Notes under the pieces: model-generated
Database searches by the model: none
Told to the model about the DNA's origin: nothing
What the model saw: only the letters and a program-made list of their open reading frames with translations
DNA from: a bacterium
GTDB taxonomy: Bacteria > Electryoneota > Electryoneia > Electryoneales > Electryoneaceae
DNA length: 64,000 nt
NCBI GenBank assembly: GCA_963675295.2
Contig: CAXXKJ010000002.1
Coordinates: 1,888,001 to 1,952,000, forward strand
Direction: 5' to 3'
Made by a program: the position numbers and the translations under genes
In this document: positions 38,895-48,517 of the stretch, one piece after another
Layout of the letters: every line of letters starts with the position of its first letter
How positions within the stretch are numbered: position 1 is the first letter of the stretch

Positions 38895-38929
38895 GTCTCA
38901 CATCTCGAATCTCACATCTCGTATCTCGT
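38895..38929 (+). repeat. Heptamer tandem array (RTCTCNN)x5
   Basis: gtctcac atctcga atctcac atctcgt atctcgt. Confidence 0.8.
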
Positions 38930-39014
38930 CTGAGGAACTCCCGCTCCCCTGTCGAGTGGAATCCGGTGTACATTTGCCGCATTCGTCGACCCACAACCAG
39001 ACCGTAGAAACGTC

Positions 39015-40409
39015 ATGCCACACCTGTTCGCACTACTGCTACCGTTGATGCTTGTCCAGCTCGGGATCGGGCTGCCGTTTTTTGGCGGCGGCAAGGACAA
39101 GGCGGAGGAGTACGAGCAGGAGCATTCGGCGTGGGTGTATCCGCCGTGGGAGCATACGTGGGGCGTGGTCCGGGCGACGGAAACCCACCTCGATTTCTTC
39201 ACGCTTGGCAAGGCAACCTTCCGCAATCCGCAGGGGTTGGCGGCGGTGCGTCTGACCGCGACGGACGATCCGGATTCCAAGGGCGATGACGACGAAGTCA
39301 CCGTCTATGGCGTCAATTCCGGCGAAAACGCGATCATCTACAACCGGTCGATGCGCAGCATCGGCCTTTTTGGCTACGATGACGAGACGCGTGATTTTCT
39401 CGACGAACCGTGGGATATCGCAGCCTTGCCGAACGGGCTGGTGTTTGTCACCGACAGCGGGCATCGCCGGGTGGTGAAGTTCCGCAATGTGGACGGTGAC
39501 CTCGTGTTCCAGTCCGAGTTCGGGCGGGATGGCCAGGGCGCGTTGGTGCTGCCACGCGGGATTGATGTCACCGAGGGCGGTCTGGTAATCGTCGCGGATG
39601 CCGGCGCGGATCGTGTGGTCCTGTTCGACACCAGCGGTGTGTTTGTCAAGGCGATCGGTGGGTTTGACCGTCCGGTCGGTCTCGCGGCGGTGGACAGCCT
39701 CGACAAGTACACCCGTCCCAAGCGCAATTACTTCGCGGTGACGGATAGCGGCGGGCAGCGTCTGCGGCGGGTCGATTTTAACGGTCACATCCTCGCGGAG
39801 AAGGACATCTCGTTCATCGAGGGTGAGCACGACACGTACGCCGGCCACATCGAGATCGATCTGTACCACAACATCGCGGCGACCGACAGCACGAACGACC
39901 GGCTGCTCAAGTTCGACGAGAACCTCGAGCTGCTCTCGGTCTGGGGAGAGACAGGGGAGGGGCGGACCCGGTTCCACAGCCCGACCGGCATCGCGATCTG
40001 GCGGCGGTTCGGGCAGACCTTCGTCGCGGAGGCGAAGGGCGCTCACTACCTCTGGGTCGGCACCGACATTTCGACCCCGCCTCGGCTGGCGTTTCCAGGA
40101 CCGGGCGAAATCCGTGTCGGGCTCGATCTGACCGAGCGCAGTCAGATCACGCTGGAGATCGTGGACGAGGACGGCGAGGTGTTGCGGACGCGGAACTCGT
40201 ATCGTGATCCGGGTTCACGCAGCGTGTTGTGGCGGTATGACCGGGCGACATTTGTCCGTCCTGAACCGGAGGGCAGGGTGCAGATTGAGCGGCCGGGACC
40301 GTTACCGGCGGGCGAGTACACGTTGCGTATCCGGTTGCGGGCGACGTATTCCAGCCGCAAGGCGTTCGAAAAGGTGATGGAAACCTCGGTGCAGCTGTCT
40401 GGCAGTTGA
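39015..40409 (+). CDS. NHL-repeat (6-bladed beta-propeller) protein with C-terminal Ig-like domain
   Basis: PWDIA, VTDSGHRRVVKF, PRGIDV, VADAGADRV, FHSPTGIA; LPAGEYTLRI. Confidence 0.75.
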   Translation: MPHLFALLLPLMLVQLGIGLPFFGGGKDKAEEYEQEHSAWVYPPWEHTWGVVRATETHLDFFTLGKATFRNPQGLAAVRLTATDDPDSKGDDDEVTVYGVNSGENAIIYNRSMRSIGLFGYDDETRDFLDEPWDIAALPNGLVFVTDSGHRRVVKFRNVDGDLVFQSEFGRDGQGALVLPRGIDVTEGGLVIVADAGADRVVLFDTSGVFVKAIGGFDRPVGLAAVDSLDKYTRPKRNYFAVTDSGGQRLRRVDFNGHILAEKDISFIEGEHDTYAGHIEIDLYHNIAATDSTNDRLLKFDENLELLSVWGETGEGRTRFHSPTGIAIWRRFGQTFVAEAKGAHYLWVGTDISTPPRLAFPGPGEIRVGLDLTERSQITLEIVDEDGEVLRTRNSYRDPGSRSVLWRYDRATFVRPEPEGRVQIERPGPLPAGEYTLRIRLRATYSSRKAFEKVMETSVQLSGS

Positions 40410-40578
40410 TCGTTGCAGGGTGAGGAGCATAAACGGCTCTCGGGCTCGCTTGCGGGTCCGAGTTTTTTTGTGATTTTTATGCTTTGAATTGGTACGGGGT
40501 GGAGTCTATGCGTATTTTTCACCCCGCGTCTCAAGGAAGAGACGTTTGGATTGATCACGTTGCTCAGTGGGGGCTGTA

Positions 40579-41340
40579 ATGAAGTTGGTGAAGACGGTTG
40601 GCCTGGTGGCATTGAGCTGCCTGATGTTTTCGATGACGGTATCCGCGCAGGTACACTTCAGCCCCGTGGAATCGACCGGTGTTCCTTACGCTATCGTGGT
40701 GCAGGAGGCGACGTGGAACGGTGGCGCATCGTTGGTCGCCGGTGACGAAATCGCTGTGTTTGATGGAAACACATGCGTTGGAGCTGCAGTCGTGAGCGGA
40801 TTCCCGGTGAATCTGACCGCGTGGGAACGTGACACCAACCTCAATCTGCCGGGATTCACGCCCGGGCACAAGATGACCTACAAGCTGTGGGACCAGTCGC
40901 AGAATGAAGAACAGCCTGCGCTGGCGCATTACGATACAGGCAATGCGCTGTTCGGCAGCGGATTTGCGTCTGCGGTAACGTTGAACAGTTCCGATTTCCC
41001 GGTGTTGCTGTCGATCTGGTCGAACGAGGCGACGATTCCATCGACCGGCGGAACGTTGACCTGGGGCGCTCAGTTGTGGTCGACTGTTGGCGTGACACGC
41101 ACAGGCCTGCGCTTCTGGACCACCCTGACTCGTCCAAGTGGGTTCGTCACGGGGACTCAGTTCCAGTATCCGTTCAACCTGGCGCCATTCATGAACATCG
41201 CCAACAGTACGTTGAATCAGAATATTGAAGCGAGTTGGCCGTCGGGCACCTGGACGATGAACGGGCACGTGGGCATCTATCCGAACGCTGTGATTGTCGA
41301 TCACTTCACGTTCGAAAAGCTCGCGGCAGATCCCGAATAA
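40579..41340 (+). CDS. Secreted two-module protein (module B + shared module A), no catalytic domain, no CTD
   Basis: Signal peptide; N-half resembles the C25 penultimate domain (VESTGVPY..GDEIAVFDG..CVG..AW..GFTPG); C-half is the shared module ending DHFTFEK. Confidence 0.75.
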   Translation: MKLVKTVGLVALSCLMFSMTVSAQVHFSPVESTGVPYAIVVQEATWNGGASLVAGDEIAVFDGNTCVGAAVVSGFPVNLTAWERDTNLNLPGFTPGHKMTYKLWDQSQNEEQPALAHYDTGNALFGSGFASAVTLNSSDFPVLLSIWSNEATIPSTGGTLTWGAQLWSTVGVTRTGLRFWTTLTRPSGFVTGTQFQYPFNLAPFMNIANSTLNQNIEASWPSGTWTMNGHVGIYPNAVIVDHFTFEKLAADPE

Positions 41341-41387
41341 TCAGGAGCGGTCGTTGGCTGGAACGCTACCTGTCAGAGTGAATATCT

Positions 41388-41411
41388 ACCCCCGCAGGTG
41401 CGGGGGTTTTT
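41388..41411 (+). terminator. Intrinsic terminator
   Basis: acccccgca-gg-tgcgggggt followed by T tract. Confidence 0.7.
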
Positions 41412-41567
41412 GGTTTTATTGAGCTTGCTACCCGGGTTCGCTCTGAACCGGAGAAGAGCCTCGCTGAGAGATGTTGTGCCGATTATCACGTAACTTAGCG
41501 GGAATTTGCGTATATTGATCTCGCTTACAGCGACTGCTGACTTTTGAACTGATTTGCCGAGGATGCA

Positions 41568-43088
41568 ATGTCTGGCCGTGCGCCCGGTTGGTTCGGGCTT
41601 TTCCTCATCATTCTGCTGCCGTGTTCTGCTTTTTGCCAAAGCGGTCCGGCGAACCTCAACGCCGAGCTGTTGCTCGACGGTGAGGTGCAGCTCTCCTGGG
41701 ATCCGGCACCACCCCAGATTCTCGACTCGTATGACGGTCCCTTGGTGAACTACGATCTGCTTCCATCCAACACCTGGTACGTCGAAGACGGCTACCTCAA
41801 GGGCTTGGTTTCGGCGGGTTGGAAGTCGGCCTGCTACGGTGGCGAAGTCGTGGAAAACTTTACGGTTGCCACGACGATCCGGAATGTCAGCGGTGCAAGC
41901 AGCCGTGGGCTGTTGATTCGTGGGGACGGTCCCCGGGACAATGACTACAATGGCTATTGTTTCTATATCTCACTATCGTCCCAGAGTTTCGCCTTCTACA
42001 GTTATGAGGACGGGTATTACGACCTGCTGCTCGGTTGGACGCCGAGTGATCTGATCAACCTTGAACCGGGCGAGGAAAACTCGCTGGCGGTCACGGCGAA
42101 CGGCTCGAATTTCCTGCTGTATGTGAACAACAACTACGTCGGCACGGTCTCCGACAACGACTACAACCAGGGATACATCGGCCTCGTGTCGTCTGGCAGC
42201 AACGAAGTCTGGTATGACGAACTGGTGTGCTATTATGACCCGCCGATGAACAACGACGACCTGATCGAATATCGTGTTTTCCGTGATGGGCTGCAGGTCG
42301 GAACGACACTGGATTCAACGTATACAGACACGCTTCCGGCGCCGGGCGAGTACACGTATTCGGTCAACGCCGTCTTTGAACCCGGCGGTATTACCCCGTT
42401 GTCCAACGAGGCGTCGGTGGACTGGGAGCTTGTTACGTTGAGCCTGTTGCCGGAGAACACGACGATTCCGGCGACGGGTGGCTCGCTGCATTTCTCGGCT
42501 CACCTGGTCAACACGGTGAACCAGTCGTGGCCGACGGTTCGGTTCTGGACCAGTGTTACACCTGCGGGCGGCCAACCGGTCGGACCGTTGACCTCCCGTT
42601 ACATCAACATCCAGCCGTACATGGATTTGACCGTCACGAACATGCACCAGCCGGTTCCGTCCACAATTCCGGCCGGGGATTACCTGCTATCCGCGAATCT
42701 GGGCTACTATCCGGTCTCCCTCGTGTCGGATACTTTTGAATTCACCAAGCTTGAGGACGACAGCGTTGCCTACGGTGGATCGAATATCATCGTTAACGGT
42801 GCCGGGTCTGATCTTCTGTCTGTCAGCGACGTTGGTCTCAGCAGCTGGCCGAATCCGTCCAATGGCTTGTCAACGGTAAAGTTGAGCTTGCCGGAAACGG
42901 CACAGGTGACGGTCGAAGTCGTCAATGTGCCCGGACGCCGGGTAGCGTTGCTCGCCGGGGGAACCCTTTCCGCCGGCACACATCAGTTTGTCTTCGATGG
43001 GTCCAATCTGGCGACGGGTGTGTACTTTGTTCGCATGGTCAGTGACCAGTACGCGCTGCAAATCCAGAAGATCATGTTGTTGAAATGA
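41568..43088 (+). CDS. Secreted protein: split FN3 with inserted ConA/LamG-like (DUF1080-like) domain + shared module + CTD
   Basis: PANLNA..VQLSWDPAP / YRVFRDG..YTYSVNAV flank a segment with NSLAVTANG..LYVNN..GYIGL..VWYDEL; WPNPSN...KIMLLK. Confidence 0.75.
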   Translation: MSGRAPGWFGLFLIILLPCSAFCQSGPANLNAELLLDGEVQLSWDPAPPQILDSYDGPLVNYDLLPSNTWYVEDGYLKGLVSAGWKSACYGGEVVENFTVATTIRNVSGASSRGLLIRGDGPRDNDYNGYCFYISLSSQSFAFYSYEDGYYDLLLGWTPSDLINLEPGEENSLAVTANGSNFLLYVNNNYVGTVSDNDYNQGYIGLVSSGSNEVWYDELVCYYDPPMNNDDLIEYRVFRDGLQVGTTLDSTYTDTLPAPGEYTYSVNAVFEPGGITPLSNEASVDWELVTLSLLPENTTIPATGGSLHFSAHLVNTVNQSWPTVRFWTSVTPAGGQPVGPLTSRYINIQPYMDLTVTNMHQPVPSTIPAGDYLLSANLGYYPVSLVSDTFEFTKLEDDSVAYGGSNIIVNGAGSDLLSVSDVGLSSWPNPSNGLSTVKLSLPETAQVTVEVVNVPGRRVALLAGGTLSAGTHQFVFDGSNLATGVYFVRMVSDQYALQIQKIMLLK

Positions 43089-43366
43089 GTTGGTCGTACC
43101 CCGGGTTTGTTCCTCCAAGGAATTGTTAAGCACGCCTGAAACTGTCCGTCTATGACTCTTCGTGCGCTCAAAATTTTCGGTTAAATTATTGATTATGTTA
43201 AAGCTACACGAATGATGGAAATTTCGGAATCCCGGTCATTTCTTTCGTCCGTGCAGGCAGGACTCGCTATACTTGATGGATTATTGAAGCATGCAGACGG
43301 ATCTCCTCATAGGGGTGTGGGGAGTAAGAAACATAGACTGACGGAACGCATATTGGAGGCTTGAGG

Positions 43367-45619
43367 ATGATTCGTAACAGTGTACTCCTCATGGTTGCCC
43401 TGCTGATGCTGGCGGGCGCCGTATTCGCAAACCAACCGCTTCCCGGCACGAATGTGGCCGACCTGGAAGCCTTCGCGGCACAGTTCAACGAGAAGTGGGA
43501 AAGCTGGCGTGGGCCAGAGTTTGAGGCCGCACTGCTGGAAACCACTGGCATTTACGGCGAGATCAACGCCGATCCGAACCGTGAGCTGATGGGTATCCGG
43601 CCGGACGGCACGCTGGTGATCGCGGTGCTGCGTAATGTGAACGCAGCCATCACCACTCGCACCGACCTCGTGCAGGTTGGCGGGGTGTCTGGCTATGATC
43701 TCGACGGTTCAACGACCACCGGCCTGTACCACTGGGACGGCAGCGCGGCGAACCCGAGCCACCCGGAATTTGTCGGACGCGTCACCATCGGTGACGGCGC
43801 CGGCACCAGCAGCTCCCACGCGAACCACACCGCTGGCACGATGATGGCTTCCGGCGTCAACTCCAGCGCCAAGGGCATGGCCACCGGTGCGCACCTGACC
43901 TCGCATGATTACGACAACGATCAGGCGGAGATGGCGATCGCGGCAACGGAAGGCATGAAGGTTTCCAGCCATTCGTACGGCTTCGGTGATTCGTACAACG
44001 GCGGCTACGACGAGTGGGCGCAGGGCTACGACATCATCTGCCACGACGCACCTCATTATCAGCCGGTTATCGCAGCCGGTAACCTGGGTTCCAGCAGCTT
44101 CGGCACCCTGTACACCGACGTTTGTGGCAAGAACAGCATCGCGGTCGGCAATGTTCAGGACGTGTCGGTGTACAATGGCCCGGCGAGCGTGGTGATCAAC
44201 AGCTCGAGCTCGGTTGGCCCGCCGGATGATGGCCGTGTCAAGCCGGATATCGTAGGCAACGGCACCAGCCTTTATTCCTGCACGTCGTCCAACTACACCA
44301 CGATGACGGGTACGTCGATGTCGTCCCCGAACATCGCCGGTTCGTTGTTCCTGATGTACGAACTGTACGAGCAGACGCATGGCGGCCAGGTTCCGCTGTC
44401 GTCCACGATGCGCGCCGTGATGTTCAATACCGCCGACGAGTGCGGCCCGGCAGACGGTCCGGACTTCAAGTATGGCTGGGGCCTGATGAATACCCAGCGT
44501 GCATGCGATTTGATCGCATCGGACGAAGTGATCAACCCGAACGCTATTGGTGAATACGAATTGAGCGAAGGCGCGGTTGACGAGTACACGTTCAGCAGTG
44601 ATGGCACGGAAGATATCACCGTGACGGTCGTCTGGACGGACCCGGAAGGTGCGCAGTGGGCACCAATTCCGCTGGTGAATGACCTGGACGTCGAAGTGGA
44701 AGAGCTCGCAACGGGCGACATTTACTATCCGTGGAAGCTGGACGGCAACAACCCGTCCGCCGCGGCGACGACAGGCGACAACGATGTCGACAACGTCGAG
44801 CAGATCTGGATCGAAAATCCGGGCGCGGGTTCCTTCACGGTTCGCATCTCGCATGAAGGCAACCTGCAGGACGGTTCGCAGGCGTACAGCCTCGTGGTGC
44901 GTGGTCTCACCGGTGGCGACGCGCCGCAGTACATCCTCAACCTGACGCCGATTCATAACTACATCGCGCCGGGCGGCGGCATGCTGACCTACGATGTCAA
45001 CTTCCGCCACACGCAGGACGCGACGGTTCCGGGCGTGATGTACTGGAACATGGTTACGTTGCCGAACGGCAACCCGTACGGTCCGGTGTTCCAGTATCCG
45101 TTTACCGTCCAGCCGTATCAGCAGATCGGCCGTGAGCTCGCGCTGCAGATTCCGGGCTTTGCGCCGGGCGGTGTGTACGAATTCATCGGTAACGTTGGTG
45201 TTTACCCGAACGACGTGTACGTGACCGACTCGTTCGAAATGGTCAAGTTCGGCAACGGCGCGGACGCACTGCCGGTCGAGGCGATGCAGTGGCAGGGAAC
45301 CGGCTTCGATGCCGAAACAGCCGGTGATGCTGCTCTTCGCACAGATCTGCCGTCGGAGTATGCGCTCAGCGAAGCCTATCCGAACCCGTTCAACCCGACG
45401 ACGTCGATGACGGTGACGTTGCCGGAAGCGGCGGACCTGAACGTGCAGGTGTACAACCTGAACGGACGTCTCGTGGCGACGTTGGCCGAGGGACGGATGC
45501 AGGCGGGCACGCACTCGTTGACGTTTGATGGTAACGGTCTCGCCAGCGGCGTGTACTTCGTCAAGGCGATGGTTCCGGGCCAGTTGAACGCGACGCGGAA
45601 GCTGGTACTGATGAAGTAA
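43367..45619 (+). CDS. S8 subtilisin-like serine protease + shared module + CTD
   Basis: WDG (Asp), SHANHTAG (His), AAGN, GTSMS (Ser), LVNDLD; AYPNPFN...KLVLMK. Confidence 0.93.
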   Translation: MIRNSVLLMVALLMLAGAVFANQPLPGTNVADLEAFAAQFNEKWESWRGPEFEAALLETTGIYGEINADPNRELMGIRPDGTLVIAVLRNVNAAITTRTDLVQVGGVSGYDLDGSTTTGLYHWDGSAANPSHPEFVGRVTIGDGAGTSSSHANHTAGTMMASGVNSSAKGMATGAHLTSHDYDNDQAEMAIAATEGMKVSSHSYGFGDSYNGGYDEWAQGYDIICHDAPHYQPVIAAGNLGSSSFGTLYTDVCGKNSIAVGNVQDVSVYNGPASVVINSSSSVGPPDDGRVKPDIVGNGTSLYSCTSSNYTTMTGTSMSSPNIAGSLFLMYELYEQTHGGQVPLSSTMRAVMFNTADECGPADGPDFKYGWGLMNTQRACDLIASDEVINPNAIGEYELSEGAVDEYTFSSDGTEDITVTVVWTDPEGAQWAPIPLVNDLDVEVEELATGDIYYPWKLDGNNPSAAATTGDNDVDNVEQIWIENPGAGSFTVRISHEGNLQDGSQAYSLVVRGLTGGDAPQYILNLTPIHNYIAPGGGMLTYDVNFRHTQDATVPGVMYWNMVTLPNGNPYGPVFQYPFTVQPYQQIGRELALQIPGFAPGGVYEFIGNVGVYPNDVYVTDSFEMVKFGNGADALPVEAMQWQGTGFDAETAGDAALRTDLPSEYALSEAYPNPFNPTTSMTVTLPEAADLNVQVYNLNGRLVATLAEGRMQAGTHSLTFDGNGLASGVYFVKAMVPGQLNATRKLVLMK

Positions 45620-45983
45620 TCTCGATGTCTCGGGCGAAAGGTCCGAGACTGGAGGATGAAGACTCACGCAGCCGTGTCTGTTCGCAGATGCGGCTGTGTT
45701 TTGTCTCTGGACATGTGAGCACGTGTGGGAGACGCTTGCCCGGACGCCTGAAAGGTCCTGGAGATCGGTAAGCTGACAGAGCCTCGCTCGGGCAGCGAAA
45801 ACACTAATTATTACAAGAAAACTCTGGAAATCGTGAAATAGAAATAAGTTCGATCGCAGTTCGCGGGGCTCCGGTTGCATCTGCCAATTCGGCAAAATCG
45901 TCTGCAAATTCGAGTTCTTGGCTTTTGCTTCCTTATATTAAAAGCTATCCAATTCTCCAGACAGGAGAAGATTTAGGGTCCAC

Positions 45984-48215
45984 ATGAGAACGGTTACCAT
46001 GCTTAAGCGAAACTGGCGGCTGACTCTGGTTCTGGCCGCTCTTCTTGTCAGCGGTGCTGTCGCTGCTGAACTCCCCCAGACAGACACGGACGGATTAACG
46101 GCGTTGGCGGAACGGCTTCGTGCCCGCCATGCGTTGTGGCAAGGTCCGGAGTACCAGCAATTGAAGGCGATGCGCACCGGGTATTGGGGTGCGTTGAACG
46201 CTGATCCGGAACGGGAACTGATGGGCGTCGACGAGGACGGCAATCCTATCATTTACTACACCGACAACAGCAACGCTGCGCTATCCACCCGTGCGTCGAC
46301 ATTGTACCCCGGCGGGATCGCCGGGTATGAGCTCACCGGCGCGACCTCGTGGGGACTGGCGGTGTGGGATAACGGTGTCGCCAACCCGAACCACCCGGAA
46401 TTTACCGGCCGCATCATCATCGGCGATAACACGTCGAACTACGAGGCGCATGCGAACCACACAGCGGGCACGCTTGTAGCCGCCGGTGTTTCGCCAAACG
46501 CGAAGGGCATGTCGTACGGCGCGTACCTCAACTCGTTCGAGTGGTCGATGGACACGATCGAGATGACGGAAAATGCGAACTGGCTGCACGTTTCCAGTCA
46601 TTCGTACCATTCCGGCGGGGTATACGATTCTTATACGTACCAGTCGGAAGAGTTTGACGAGATCGCCTACCTCGCACCGTACTACCTGATCTGTCAGGCT
46701 GCGGCAAATGACGGGCCGGGTTACCACACGATTCCGTCGAGCAACCTCGGCAAGAACGTGTTGACGGTCGGTGCGGTGAATGACGTGCCCAACTACACGG
46801 GGCCGAACAGCGTCAGCATCGCGAATTTCAGCAGCCGTGGACCGACTGAAGACGGCCGGCTCAAGCCGGAGATCGTCGGCAACGGCGTTTACCTGTATTC
46901 GACTCTGGCGAGTGGGTACACCTCCATGTCCGGTACGTCGATGTCGACGCCGAACGTGGCGGGTACCATGTTCCTGCTGGTTGAACTGTATCAGCAGACT
47001 CATGCGTTCCAGGCGCCGATGTCGTCAACGCTGAAGGCGTTGGCTGTGCACACGGCGGACGAATGCGGACCGAATGATGGTCCAGATTACATTTACGGGT
47101 ACGGTTTGCTGAACGCTCATGCGGCGGCGGACCTGATCGCACTGGATGGGATCAGCCCCGACTACATTCAGCAGCAGGTGTTGCCGTCGGGCGAGCTGTT
47201 CAGCTTCGATTTCGAGGCGGATGGCACGGAGCCGTTGCGGGCGACACTGTGCTGGCTTGATCCGCCCGCTGAGCCGGGCGCAAACCCGGCGCTGGTAAAC
47301 GATCTCGACATGCGGATTGTGCGTTTGTCGGACGGTGAGGACTGGGAACCGTATGTTTTGAATCCGGATTCTCCCTCGCAGGCTGCTTTTGCCGGCGACA
47401 ACGACCTGGACAACCTGGAACTGGTTCATGTGGCGGACCCCGAACCGGGCATGTACCGGGTTCAGATCGCCGTAGATGGACAGATGCAGGGCGACGAGCA
47501 GTCGTTCAGCCTGGTGATCACGGGGATGGTTGACAACACGGAACCCGTCGAGTTGACGCTTGATCCGAGCAATACGGATCTCGGCAATAACGGCGGAATG
47601 CTGTCGTACACCGCGACGCTGGTTAACAACACGGACACCCCGTACAGTGGCCTGCAGATGTGGACGATGGCGCAGTTGCCGAACGGTTCGGAATACGGTC
47701 CGTTGTTCACCAGCAACCCGTTCAACCTCAGCGGCGGGCAGTCGTTGACCTCGCCGACGTTGCGTCAGATGGTTCCTGCGGGCGCACCTTCCGGGACGTA
47801 TACCTTCATCGCTAACGTGGGTGAATATCCGGACATTCTGACGACGAGCAGCTTCGAGTTTTCCAAGGGCCTCACCTCTTCGATTGGTGAGCCGGTGCTG
47901 GACTGGTCGGCGGAGGGAGATCTCACGGCTGAAGCCGCTTCGATGCCGGACGGCTTTATTCTGGCGCAGGCCTGGCCGAACCCGTTCAATGCGGAAACCC
48001 GCATTCAGGTTACCCTGGCTTCGATTTCCGAACTGAATCTCCGGGTGTATGATGTTCAGGGCCGTTTGGTCAAGGTGCTGGCGGATGACCGCTATCAGCC
48101 GGGCCGGCATGAGTTCACCTTGACAAGCGACAATCTGGCCAGCGGGGTTTATTTCGTGCGAGCTGAAGTCGCGGGCCGCGGCCGGGCGACTCAGAAAGTG
48201 ATGCACGTTCAGTAA
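45984..48215 (+). CDS. S8 subtilisin-like serine protease paralog + shared module + CTD
   Basis: VWDNG, AHANHTAG, AAAN, GTSMS, LVNDLD; AWPNPFN...KVMHVQ. Confidence 0.93.
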   Translation: MRTVTMLKRNWRLTLVLAALLVSGAVAAELPQTDTDGLTALAERLRARHALWQGPEYQQLKAMRTGYWGALNADPERELMGVDEDGNPIIYYTDNSNAALSTRASTLYPGGIAGYELTGATSWGLAVWDNGVANPNHPEFTGRIIIGDNTSNYEAHANHTAGTLVAAGVSPNAKGMSYGAYLNSFEWSMDTIEMTENANWLHVSSHSYHSGGVYDSYTYQSEEFDEIAYLAPYYLICQAAANDGPGYHTIPSSNLGKNVLTVGAVNDVPNYTGPNSVSIANFSSRGPTEDGRLKPEIVGNGVYLYSTLASGYTSMSGTSMSTPNVAGTMFLLVELYQQTHAFQAPMSSTLKALAVHTADECGPNDGPDYIYGYGLLNAHAAADLIALDGISPDYIQQQVLPSGELFSFDFEADGTEPLRATLCWLDPPAEPGANPALVNDLDMRIVRLSDGEDWEPYVLNPDSPSQAAFAGDNDLDNLELVHVADPEPGMYRVQIAVDGQMQGDEQSFSLVITGMVDNTEPVELTLDPSNTDLGNNGGMLSYTATLVNNTDTPYSGLQMWTMAQLPNGSEYGPLFTSNPFNLSGGQSLTSPTLRQMVPAGAPSGTYTFIANVGEYPDILTTSSFEFSKGLTSSIGEPVLDWSAEGDLTAEAASMPDGFILAQAWPNPFNAETRIQVTLASISELNLRVYDVQGRLVKVLADDRYQPGRHEFTLTSDNLASGVYFVRAEVAGRGRATQKVMHVQ

Positions 48216-48517
48216 GAGAGTCTAAAGTTAGACCAAATCGCAAGTTAAGTAAATCCTCGAAGTCGTTTGTTAACAGGCTGATGTAGCATATAAGCGAGCT
48301 TGGTTTGGAGTTTTCGGGTGTCTCTCATTTTGCCACGGAAAGTCAGCTTCACGGCTGGATTGCATTGTGAGGTTGCTGGAAAAGCTCTAAATTCACATTC
48401 GCTCTGCTTCTCAGCGAGACTGAGGGGTAAGCCTCTCTCAGAATTCAACGTGAAGTATTCGATCATTTGGGGGTGTAGGGACTCCCAAGGGTAAAGGGAA
48501 AAAACTGGAGGTAATCG

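Noticed and set aside
38875-39014. Frameshifted CTD for the 37309 gene (likewise after 41340)
   Set aside because: No PNPFN-like sequence in any frame downstream; the space holds repeats or a terminator.
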